A stretch of DNA of 51,918 nucleotides from a virus (Duplodnaviria > Caudoviricetes). The stretch is taken from IMG/VR virus record IMGVR_UViG_3300032318_001383, positions 1 to 51,918 of that record; one strand, given 5' to 3'. Under the pieces are notes generated by a model. It was not told the origin of the DNA. It saw nothing but the letters and a program-made list of their open reading frames with translations, and searched no databases. The number at the start of each line of letters is the position of its first letter. Position 1 is the first letter of the stretch. This document shows positions 43,808 through 51,918 of this stretch, piece after piece. Made by a program: the position numbers and the translations under genes.

Positions 43808-45678
43808 CGCAACCCATCCGGCTGAATATCTACACGCAACGTACCATACCGCCAGTTAGTATTTAAATCACTGCTGTCTATCCTAAGGCTTATCTGCCGT
43901 CCCCTTGCCCGTGTATCAACCTTCTGCGTAGTCGGCGTAATGACATACGGGTCGAGGGAGGAGGGGCTGGCTGTGGATTGGGGATAAGGCCGAAGTAATA
44001 AATGCACTGTAAGATTGCCGACCTGGTTCTTAAAATCAGGTATAAAGCGAGACATAAGCAGCATGTTATCGCCATCACCAAGGTCAAAATAGCCGGACTT
44101 AATATACGCATTAATCGCAGTGCCATTACCATTTACCCCATCTTCTTGGTTAAACACAAGTGAACGCCCAGCCGTCAAGCCGTAAATGGTCGATCCTGTT
44201 GGGGTCGCTGTACTAGAAGACAAGTACTGAGTGGCCAACGGTTTGTCGTATGTTCCAATGTCCGTCCAAGCGCTTCTTGCCATGGTGCCCACAGACCATA
44301 CGTTTTCCAAATAGTTATAGCTCACAAAGCGATCAATGTAGTCGCTGGTAAATGAACAATACCACCAGGTTACCTCGTTGAACTGTGAGTTAACACCAGC
44401 ATGGACCTTGGTCCCTTGTACTAGATTAATGTCCTTAAAGACAAAGTCTTGGACCGTGCAAGGCATCTTTTTCACGGTACCATCAAAGAGATAGAACGCT
44501 TCCGTGCCCATCCAGAAGGCTAGTCCATTGACGTCTACCGCTGCGTGTGGGCCAATACAGCCGCAGTTGGCACCCAACTGTGTAAATCCAAAGGTATATG
44601 GTGGGCCTACATATTGCTGGCCGTGTACGGAAGTGTCGGTGAATATTAATATCTGTCCACGAGAACGTATGGCCGTTACAATCTTGCTGCCGTCTGTCAG
44701 CCGCTGCCCGCCTGCCGTATTAGTAGCAGTTTCCGTAAACGTGTTTATATCCTCTTGGTTAGAGAACCGTACAAACATTGGATCCTGGCTTGACGGTGTT
44801 CCTACCGTGGATTCTGTTCCAAAGCACACAAGGTGCCTGTCTGGGGTAGATACAAGAGCATACGTTGACTTTGTTGGGGCCCCTGAAATCGCCGTTGCCT
44901 TGTTGGCTGTGATGGCTCCGCCGCTGGTGTCAAACAGATATATCCCGCCGTCAACCAGTTGGCAAACAACATCTTCACCGTAGTTATCAAACTGCCAGAC
45001 CCTGGAATACAACGCAGTTGCCGCAGATGCCGGACGAGGAGTGCCCCAAGTTGACAGCCCCCAAGTACCTGTGCCCCATCCAAAGTCAAAATAACTTACG
45101 TCAGTTCCTACGTTGATCTGATAAACGCCTACCACTGATGCCCCGCCGTTACCACTGTCAGAGGAGTTAGCCGTGGCACCTACTTGAATCGTGTAAGTAT
45201 TGGCTCCTGTTACCTGCTGGATCTGAAACTGAGCATTTAATAACGCAGCCGTGATATTCCCACCAAGGGATACCGCGCCAGAGAAAGTGACAAAGTCGCC
45301 ACTAATCGCCCCGTGACCTGCATCCGTCACGGTGACAATATTGCTCCCGGTAGAAGCCGCAAAAGTGACATCCCCTGCTGCCGTCGTTGACCGAATTGGT
45401 GTGACATCCGCCCAGTTTCCACCCGAACTAACGTATAGTTTTTTATCGGTCCCGACCATTACATAAGGAGTGCCATCCAAAGCATTCCATGTAAATACCT
45501 CACTACTCATCCCTACCAAGTAGACTTCTGAACCACCAAAAGGAGTCCATCCACCTAGTTTTTCAGGCAGGCCATATCGGAACCGAATATAGTCGCCATC
45601 GATCCAGCCGCCCTCGGCACCGTACTCGGTGTTCTGTTTGTCAATGCCGGGTTTTAAGGCGAGTCGAAAGTAGGCCAT
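43804..45678 (-). CDS. Tail stabilisation/tubular protein (P22 gp10-like)
   Basis: 624 aa starting LKPGIDK...GWIDGD.IRFRYGLPEKLGGW and ending RARGRQ...WRYG.LRVDIQPDGLR. Confidence 0.7.
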   Translation of the reverse strand: MAYFRLALKPGIDKQNTEYGAEGGWIDGDYIRFRYGLPEKLGGWTPFGGSEVYLVGMSSEVFTWNALDGTPYVMVGTDKKLYVSSGGNWADVTPIRSTTAAGDVTFAASTGSNIVTVTDAGHGAISGDFVTFSGAVSLGGNITAALLNAQFQIQQVTGANTYTIQVGATANSSDSGNGGASVVGVYQINVGTDVSYFDFGWGTGTWGLSTWGTPRPASAATALYSRVWQFDNYGEDVVCQLVDGGIYLFDTSGGAITANKATAISGAPTKSTYALVSTPDRHLVCFGTESTVGTPSSQDPMFVRFSNQEDINTFTETATNTAGGQRLTDGSKIVTAIRSRGQILIFTDTSVHGQQYVGPPYTFGFTQLGANCGCIGPHAAVDVNGLAFWMGTEAFYLFDGTVKKMPCTVQDFVFKDINLVQGTKVHAGVNSQFNEVTWWYCSFTSDYIDRFVSYNYLENVWSVGTMARSAWTDIGTYDKPLATQYLSSSTATPTGSTIYGLTAGRSLVFNQEDGVNGNGTAINAYIKSGYFDLGDGDNMLLMSRFIPDFKNQVGNLTVHLLLRPYPQSTASPSSLDPYVITPTTQKVDTRARGRQISLRIDSSDLNTNWRYGTLRVDIQPDGLR

Positions 45679-46143
45679 TTAAGCAACAAGTCCTGGTAGA
45701 TACACCGTTTTACCGTTTTGCTTGACGGCGGTCAAGGCTTGCTTTTTGAGGTTCTCCGGGTCGTAGCTGACGTGGACCCAGCCACTGTCCGGGACACCTT
45801 GCGTGTAGAACTCGAGGATGACTTGCGTGAAGTCGAGGTTTTCCGTGATCCATTGGGCGAGGTCCGCGTTGGGGACGCCTGGGATTTCGATGTCCGCTGC
45901 CTGCCCTTTGCAGTGGTCCGAGGTCCGTGATCCACCGACTTTTTGGTTGACTTCCGGCGCTCGGTAGCCCGAGTTACACTTGACGCCTTTTTGATAATGG
46001 TCCCGAATAGGCTGCAAAACTTTCTCAGCCAAAGTTTTAAGGTTTTCAATTTCTTTCTCCCCAGGTGTATTATCCATGTCATGACGCAAAGCGGTATCGC
46101 TTTTGACTAGCTCAGACAAGGTGAAGTTAGCGGTCAGGTTCAT
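45679..46143 (-). CDS. Endolysin, peptidase M15A family
   Basis: NFTLSEL, SGYR, SDHCKGQAAD and WVHVS zinc-peptidase motifs. Confidence 0.9.
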   Translation of the reverse strand: MNLTANFTLSELVKSDTALRHDMDNTPGEKEIENLKTLAEKVLQPIRDHYQKGVKCNSGYRAPEVNQKVGGSRTSDHCKGQAADIEIPGVPNADLAQWITENLDFTQVILEFYTQGVPDSGWVHVSYDPENLKKQALTAVKQNGKTVYLPGLVA

Positions 46144-46541
46144 TTTTGCTTGGCCTTCATGTCCATGACCTTCTCAAGGGTGCGTCCCCCAAAATAAAAT
46201 GACATCACCAGCATGCCCCACTGGCCCAGCAAAGATACGAAATTATCGGATATGTCTAACCCCATGGCATCCATGATAGCCAAAGCCAGGTAGGCAGTCA
46301 GGATGTAGACCAGGGTCATGGGGCGAATATTCTTGGATAGCCAAGAATCCGACTTCATATCAGCCTCAGCCCGCTTGGTCAGATTATCTTGCTCATTCAT
46401 GTCCGCTTGCAATTGGGCAAGCTCACCCTTTTGCTGCATCTCTAAAAGCATTGCCTGGGCCTTGGCCCGTGCTTCTGGGTCCGGTAACACCTTGTCCAGC
46501 ACCTTCTCACCAATGGATAACAAAGCAGCAATTGGGAACAT
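46140..46541 (-). CDS. Holin (3TM/GTA-type)
   Basis: LDKVLPDP...SWLSKNIRP, two hydrophobic helices, FYFGGRT.EK; coupled to the endolysin. Confidence 0.75.
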   Translation of the reverse strand: MFPIAALLSIGEKVLDKVLPDPEARAKAQAMLLEMQQKGELAQLQADMNEQDNLTKRAEADMKSDSWLSKNIRPMTLVYILTAYLALAIMDAMGLDISDNFVSLLGQWGMLVMSFYFGGRTLEKVMDMKAKQK

Positions 46542-47158
46542 TATTTCTTACTCCTTGAAAGCATGGTTGCGGCGATATTGAGCATCGCCCTGGTCTGGTC
46601 TAAGTCAGCCGGGGGCTTGTCCCAGCCCACGGTAATCTGTCCTATAAACCTACTTGGCTCTGGCGGGATACTAATCCGGCACCCAAACCGCATACCTTTT
46701 TCGATGTACCACAGGCCAATCTCTGACTGCGCTGCCTTGTACTCACCACAGGGCGTATTGCCTGCCATGAGGTTAACTACGTCCTGGTTGTTGGCCTGGT
46801 TGGTTGTAAAAAGTCCTACGTCCAGCCCATCGTTCGTCTTGTCTCTGCCCTCTTTGGTGTAGGCCCGATATTGCACTCGGGTTCCAAGCAGGGGGTTCAC
46901 CTTAAACACTGCCACAGTAGTCGCACCCGTGGTTTTAAACAGATGGGCTACAGCGTCCTCAACCCGGTCTTCCACGATGTCGGGGAGCTTTTGGTGCTCT
47001 TTATAAGTGCCTACGATCAGGTCTTTGTTGTCGTACAGCATCCAGCCGCCAAAGGCCAAGACCGCCATGAGGATCAGGGCGATAAGTTTGAACGGCGAGT
47101 CAACGTACGCCAGCACCTTGGAGAGCGTGTCGTTAGCGTTCAGTTTTTCCTCAGCCAT
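46541..47158 (-). CDS. Membrane-anchored protein in the lysis module
   Basis: Likely start MAEEKL at 47158; one N-terminal TM helix followed by a GAF-like soluble region. Confidence 0.55.
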   Translation of the reverse strand: MAEEKLNANDTLSKVLAYVDSPFKLIALILMAVLAFGGWMLYDNKDLIVGTYKEHQKLPDIVEDRVEDAVAHLFKTTGATTVAVFKVNPLLGTRVQYRAYTKEGRDKTNDGLDVGLFTTNQANNQDVVNLMAGNTPCGEYKAAQSEIGLWYIEKGMRFGCRISIPPEPSRFIGQITVGWDKPPADLDQTRAMLNIAATMLSRSKK

Positions 47159-47616
47159 TACAGATGACCCTTCATGATGTAATAAATAGTGACAACCATA
47201 AACGCCAGCATCACACAAATAATCTGCAACTCTCGCAACTTCTTGACGTCCCGACCTAGCTCGTCTTTGTTTTTGGTATGACGAGTTATCATGTCTTCTT
47301 TAATCTTCTTAACCTTCTCAAACTCTTCCTCACCCTTGAAATGCCCAAACTGCTGGATCAGAAAGTCTTTTACTTCCAACTCCATGCGGCGAATCTGATC
47401 TAGCCTGCGCCACTCACTCATGGCGGTCATGATTGTTATTTCACCTTCCTGGCTCTTACGTACCGTCTTAAAAGCGTGGCGGGCTTTGACCTCCGCCATA
47501 CCAAAGTTTTGAATCGATTCAACGGCTGAACTTATCTCCTTGCCCGATTGAATGGCAGACTTAATGCTTTGGGTTGCCGCCTTTGCGGTACCGATAATCG
47601 GATCTAAATCTGACAA
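47158..47616 (-). CDS. Coiled-coil protein with C-terminal TM helix
   Basis: 152 aa, TTG start, ending IICVMLAFMVVTIYYIM. Confidence 0.55.
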   Translation of the reverse strand: MSDLDPIIGTAKAATQSIKSAIQSGKEISSAVESIQNFGMAEVKARHAFKTVRKSQEGEITIMTAMSEWRRLDQIRRMELEVKDFLIQQFGHFKGEEEFEKVKKIKEDMITRHTKNKDELGRDVKKLRELQIICVMLAFMVVTIYYIMKGHL

Positions 47617-47692
47617 AATTCATTCCCCTGTCCCTAAATAAACAGAACCCAAGGTAGCAATAAAAATAAAAAAGTCAACGCCCAGACACCCA

Positions 47693-47905
47693 TCAGAAAA
47701 TCTTGCCTCCAGCAGCCGGAAGGGTGGTGACGTGTATGGCCACGTTTTGCTTTGGCTCGCTCAGATCAAAGCCGCAGTCATTGCAGACCTGATTGGATAG
47801 CTCCTGTGCATCCACATCACGTGTGCAGTTCGGGCAAAAGATTTCGATCTCGTGCTTTGCCGAGACCTGGCCATCTACCGTAGCGGCTTCGATTAGAGCT
47901 TTCAT
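47693..47905 (-). CDS. Zinc-ribbon small protein
   Basis: CPNC...CNDC. Confidence 0.6.
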   Translation of the reverse strand: MKALIEAATVDGQVSAKHEIEIFCPNCTRDVDAQELSNQVCNDCGFDLSEPKQNVAIHVTTLPAAGGKIF

Positions 47906-48507
47906 GCCTGGGGCCAGTTCTGGGCGTTAACTACAGCAATCAGAGCCTCGACCGAAGCGGCACCGGAGATAGCGGTCTCTAAACGAGCACACTCGGCGAC
48001 CACGGCAGCACGGTAGGTCTGGGTTGCGGCAGGGATGTCCACGTTGCGCTCTGCTTTGCGGATCACCATCCAGTCAGTTGCAGCCAACAGTAAACCTGCG
48101 GATTGCTTGGTCTGGGCTACGTACTGTGACTTGAGACCCTTAGTGACCAGACGCTCCGTGGAGTCAACCATTGCAGGCTGTCCATTGACCACGCCCAAGA
48201 CCTGAACGTAGAGGGGGTTGCCCTGAACATCTGACTCTTCTTTGTCCTCGATGGCCTTGGGGGTCGCATTAAACGTAGCCTCAACCGTCTGATTGGTCTC
48301 GTTGACACGGTAGTTAGGGCCAGTTACCCAATAGAACCGCTGGTCTTGTTGCTGACCGTAGATAATCTCGTAGACACCCACGGCTTTGCGCTCTGCCTCT
48401 GTAGCGTTGCGGATAAACCTTGCGGAGTACTGCTTTTCTCCGATGGTAAAGCCTACATCCGTCTGGATAAGTTGAACGATGTTACCGTTTTGAACTATTG
48501 CGAACAT
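47902..48507 (-). CDS. Tail-fibre assembly/chaperone-like protein
   Basis: Follows the fibre gene; LLAATDWMVIRKAE...YRAAV...W. Confidence 0.6.
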   Translation of the reverse strand: MFAIVQNGNIVQLIQTDVGFTIGEKQYSARFIRNATEAERKAVGVYEIIYGQQQDQRFYWVTGPNYRVNETNQTVEATFNATPKAIEDKEESDVQGNPLYVQVLGVVNGQPAMVDSTERLVTKGLKSQYVAQTKQSAGLLLAATDWMVIRKAERNVDIPAATQTYRAAVVAECARLETAISGAASVEALIAVVNAQNWPQA

Positions 48508-48525
48508 AATGTTCTCCTTAAAAAA

Positions 48526-51069
48526 TTATCGTGCGTTAGCAAATTGAAAGGGTGACTCGGCAAATGCCATGTAAATATAAGTATCGCCAGCAGTTGATCC
48601 GTTTACGCTTATATCTACAATACGAAGTTTAAAGCCGTTGGATAGCGTATCTATAATTGAGCCAGTTGTTTCTGCGTCTGATAAATTTGCTTGAACGTAA
48701 GGGCCAATTACGTTGTAAGTTCCTCTTGCTGTATCAAACATATACCAACCCGCATTTGCATTCACACTACCAGTTGCTTTTTTAATCATTACAAATCTAG
48801 GACGGAACCCTGTGTAGATAAACGGCCCGTCTGACGAAGCATTAGAATTATACGAACCAAAGGCAGAGTACCCCGGTACTGCGGCAAAGCAGTAGGCTAC
48901 AAACGTATTACCACTACCATTAACACCGGCTGCGCTCCCTACCGTAAAGACAGTTGAAGTTGGAGAAGTATTATTCCAACCGGCAGTTAATGTAGATGCG
49001 GCGTTTGTAGAACTTAAATCAAGATATGCTGTATTTCCAACAGACGCATGGTAAACCGGCCATATTGTTGCGCCTGTAAAATTATTGCGGCATTTAATTA
49101 TGAACATTGACGGCGCTACTCCAAGCCCATGTCCAATAGTGGAACTTGTGGTTCCAGCGCCTGAATAAGTAACAATAGAGAAGCCAGCAGTTGTGTTTGC
49201 TGAGACTGTCGAGGTTATGGTTCCAGCGGTGTTGGTTACGTTAACGCCTTGGTTGGCTTTCCAAACCCAATCAACAAGTGAACTTGAACTTCCATAATCA
49301 TTAGTGCCAAATGTTATTCCATTGCTTACAAAACCAGTAAACCAAGTTGCATTTGTTTCTGCACCCGAATCGTTAGACCACAGATTTTTTGGTAAGCCTC
49401 GGTTTGAATCTAAAAGATTATGAAATGCAGCCCCACTATTGCGTACTTTTTCCCAAACAAAATCAGGTTGAAATCCGCAATCTAAAGTTCCACCACTTGA
49501 GCCATAACCGTTTCGTAATACTGCATTAAAGTAATTTGAAGCCTGATTCGTTAGCCCAAAGCCAATAGCCGTTGCTGGTAGGTTAGTGGTACATAGTGAA
49601 CGGAATCCTGTTGGGGGCGTATACGCAAATGGGCGTTGACCAAAGTTGGCTTCTACCGTACAAGAAGACCCCGTTCCACCGTTGCTTACTGACGGAGTGT
49701 AAGTGCCGCTAATAGAAGTAAATGCGGCATTTGTTCCTGCTACTGGGTCTCCAGAGTTTTGAAATGTACCGTTTTTAGAAAAGTAAATCTTGCCGTTGTC
49801 CATATCCAACGCAACGCCAATTACATCATTTGTTGTAAATGTATTTCCGTAAGCAGTTGCAGTTGAAGGGTTGTATTTATTTCCAGTTGTGTAGTATCCA
49901 TAACCATCATCGCCACTTGCAAGGTTAGCGGTTTTGTACTCATACGCAGAACTTGTTACCGCAACCATGCAGCCACCGCTAGAAATTGCAGTAGGAGTTA
50001 CTTCCCAATACCATTTACCAGACGATACAGCAATGGTTGAAAATATCCGTTCATCTGCTGCCGTTGTTGTTACAGCAGTTAAATTACCGTTTGAAGTGCT
50101 TGATGCCGCTGGTTTTGCTAAAGGACTCCAAGTACAGTAATTGCCCCGTATCACCCCGCCTACATCACCTGTGGTGTTATACGCAACCCACGGGGTAGGC
50201 ACATCCGTAAGGCTGTCGTTGCCAGCACCAGCGGTCACGCTAAAGTTGTTAGTAGTCCAGTTATTAGCGTTGCCAGAGTAGTCATAGCCCAGCGTGGTGG
50301 TCGAGGTCGCATCCTTGAAGTTCAAGTAGAACCCGTTAGTCCCGTAGGTTCCTGTGTACTTCTTAGGTATCCATTGACCTGTCTGTGGATTGGTTAGGCC
50401 AAAGTCTGATGGGGTAAGAGCCTGACCGTCGATGAAGTTGATCTCGGTTAGGTAGCCGTCGAAGTAATATAAAACAGGGCTATATTGAACCGAACTAATC
50501 CTATGCGCCGCAGCAGAATTGATATAACTTGCAAGATTAAGGGATGGGTCGGTAGAAGCAGAAAATGCTGTAATCTGCACACCATTTACATACAGCAATA
50601 AACGGTTTGTTGATGTTGCATTTGCAGAATCATAAACCAATATAACGTGATACCAAGCCGAATAATCCCGATACAAGGCGGTGGTTGTTTTGGCTGCTAC
50701 AATAGTTCCCGAGCCATTGACTTGCCTAAAATTTAATTCTCCAGTAGATGAATAATAAAGGTGAGCATAAGTATTTGTTGCGCCAATACCTTGCGAGAAG
50801 ATTGTTGCGTCTACGGCAGCACTTCTTTTTATCCACCCACTCCAAGTCCACTTTAAATTATTTGTTGGCGTTGTAAATGTTCTGTTTAAGTATGCTGTAT
50901 CCGCACTATTGAATCTCAGGCTTTTAGAGATGGGGTTTGGAACAAGGGCCACGGGCCAGTTGTTGTTTTTGATGGCTGCGGCTTGATCGTCCAGCGTCCA
51001 TACACCCGTAGCAGAGGTCTGGGTAGGAGTTACCTGATTCTTGGTTATGACTTTACCGGGGTAGTCCAT
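48526..51069 (-). CDS. Tail fibre / receptor-binding protein with LamG(ConA)-like and SPRY-like domains
   Basis: KSLRFN...WTWSGWIKR...WYHVIL..D...LYVNG (LamG-like); SGKWYWEV...VIGVALDMDNGKIYFSKNG (SPRY-like); C-terminal YCF..V.GYSAFGSY...YIYMAFAE. Confidence 0.8.
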   Translation of the reverse strand: MDYPGKVITKNQVTPTQTSATGVWTLDDQAAAIKNNNWPVALVPNPISKSLRFNSADTAYLNRTFTTPTNNLKWTWSGWIKRSAAVDATIFSQGIGATNTYAHLYYSSTGELNFRQVNGSGTIVAAKTTTALYRDYSAWYHVILVYDSANATSTNRLLLYVNGVQITAFSASTDPSLNLASYINSAAAHRISSVQYSPVLYYFDGYLTEINFIDGQALTPSDFGLTNPQTGQWIPKKYTGTYGTNGFYLNFKDATSTTTLGYDYSGNANNWTTNNFSVTAGAGNDSLTDVPTPWVAYNTTGDVGGVIRGNYCTWSPLAKPAASSTSNGNLTAVTTTAADERIFSTIAVSSGKWYWEVTPTAISSGGCMVAVTSSAYEYKTANLASGDDGYGYYTTGNKYNPSTATAYGNTFTTNDVIGVALDMDNGKIYFSKNGTFQNSGDPVAGTNAAFTSISGTYTPSVSNGGTGSSCTVEANFGQRPFAYTPPTGFRSLCTTNLPATAIGFGLTNQASNYFNAVLRNGYGSSGGTLDCGFQPDFVWEKVRNSGAAFHNLLDSNRGLPKNLWSNDSGAETNATWFTGFVSNGITFGTNDYGSSSSLVDWVWKANQGVNVTNTAGTITSTVSANTTAGFSIVTYSGAGTTSSTIGHGLGVAPSMFIIKCRNNFTGATIWPVYHASVGNTAYLDLSSTNAASTLTAGWNNTSPTSTVFTVGSAAGVNGSGNTFVAYCFAAVPGYSAFGSYNSNASSDGPFIYTGFRPRFVMIKKATGSVNANAGWYMFDTARGTYNVIGPYVQANLSDAETTGSIIDTLSNGFKLRIVDISVNGSTAGDTYIYMAFAESPFQFANAR

Positions 51070-51072
51070 GTT

Positions 51073-51918
51073 TTACCTAGCGAGGGAGAATTTAAAGGGA
51101 AATTCGGCAAAGGCCATGTAAATTATGGTGTTTCCAGAACCATTCATTTCACCAAAATTAGAGCGCATCTTAAAACCATTAGACAGAATATCTGGGCCAA
51201 AACTTCCTCCAGTTCCTTCTGCATCTGATAAATTTGGTTTTAATCGATTATCTGCAACGTTGTATGTGTTTCTTACTGCGTCATAAATAAACCAATCTCC
51301 TGTTGCAGACGCATTTTTAATCATCACAAACTCAGGACGGAAGTTCGTGTAAACAAACGGCCCATCAGCAGAACCATTGCCCGTGTAACTTCCAAAGGCG
51401 CTATACCCCGCTACTGCGGCGAAACAGTAGGCTACAAATGTATGCGTACTCTGATTAACATCGTTATCCGTTCCAAGGCTGAACACGGTGGAGCTTGGAG
51501 TAGTGCTATTCCAAATACCCGCAGCAGTTCCTTTTGCATCTGTTCCGCTTAACGTAAGGTATTCAGTGCCGAGCAGTGTTGTATGCCAAACACGCCATTG
51601 ATTACCGGCGTTAGATCGCTTCTTCACAATCACCATCTGCGGAGCAACACCTAGCCCATGACCCACAGTAGCGTTAGAGCCAGTTCCGGTATAAGTAACA
51701 ATCGAGAACCCGCTAGTCGTATTTGCCCTAACTGTGCTGGTTATAGTGCCAGAGGTGTTGGTAGCGTTAGAGCCGCCAGCGTTCCAGTTCCATGAGACAA
51801 AGGTTCTAGCACTTCCGTTGTAGTTAGCATCAGTTCCTAGTGAGAACCCATCTGAATTAAATGCTGTTAGTCCGTTGGTATCCGTTGCTTCTGCCGCAGT
51901 TGAGTTTGATATTAAAGA
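51073..51918 (-). CDS. Second tail-fibre-like protein, paralog of 48526..51069 (partial, start beyond the window)
   Basis: Frame is open from the window end (SLISNSTAAEATDTNGLTAFNSDGFSLG...). Shares GHGLGVAP, YCFAAV.GYSAFGSY and YMAFAE.PF. Confidence 0.8.
   Translation of the reverse strand, partial: SLISNSTAAEATDTNGLTAFNSDGFSLGTDANYNGSARTFVSWNWNAGGSNATNTSGTITSTVRANTTSGFSIVTYTGTGSNATVGHGLGVAPQMVIVKKRSNAGNQWRVWHTTLLGTEYLTLSGTDAKGTAAGIWNSTTPSSTVFSLGTDNDVNQSTHTFVAYCFAAVAGYSAFGSYTGNGSADGPFVYTNFRPEFVMIKNASATGDWFIYDAVRNTYNVADNRLKPNLSDAEGTGGSFGPDILSNGFKMRSNFGEMNGSGNTIIYMAFAEFPFKFSLAR

Noticed and set aside
48526-51918. Diversity-generating retroelement acting on the tail fibres
   Set aside because: No reverse transcriptase is in the window, and differences between the shared blocks are not confined to adenines; ordinary paralogy explains them.
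1-51918. tRNA/rRNA genes, integrase, transposase or stop-codon reassignment
   Set aside because: None was recognised by eye, and core genes are intact in the standard code. tRNAscan was not run, so a tRNA could have been missed.

Overview
The whole window is tailed dsDNA phage DNA (Caudoviricetes). It looks podovirus-like: four large internal/ejection proteins, a P22 gp10-like tail protein, and no sheath or tape-measure gene. It appears to be a circular permutation of a nearly complete genome, and almost all genes are on the minus strand. From left to right it contains: a head module (major capsid, scaffold, GroES, portal, TerL; 1-11.9 kb); a GC-rich non-coding repeat region (11.9-12.7 kb); an early-gene cassette with individual sigma70 promoters (12.7-16.2 kb); TerS and nuclease genes; an AT-rich intergenic region; accessory genes (18.4-24.5 kb); a replication module (PolA, UvrD-like helicase, AEP primase, SSB, SNF2 helicase, exonuclease; 24.6-33.7 kb); and ejection, tail, lysis and tail-fibre genes (33.7-51.9 kb). 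The standout is at 19.3-20.65 kb. A stand-alone Cas7/RAMP-like gene (19702-20319) lies directly downstream of two non-coding arrays with strict 5-nt periodicity. On the minus strand each unit is GGY followed by a variable NN (32 and 15 units), and each array is closed by a hairpin. This suggests a CRISPR-independent RNA-guided system in which the variable dinucleotides form the guide. From memory it resembles the recently described VIPR-type viral systems; I could not verify this. All family calls come from motif recognition by eye; no database search was run.
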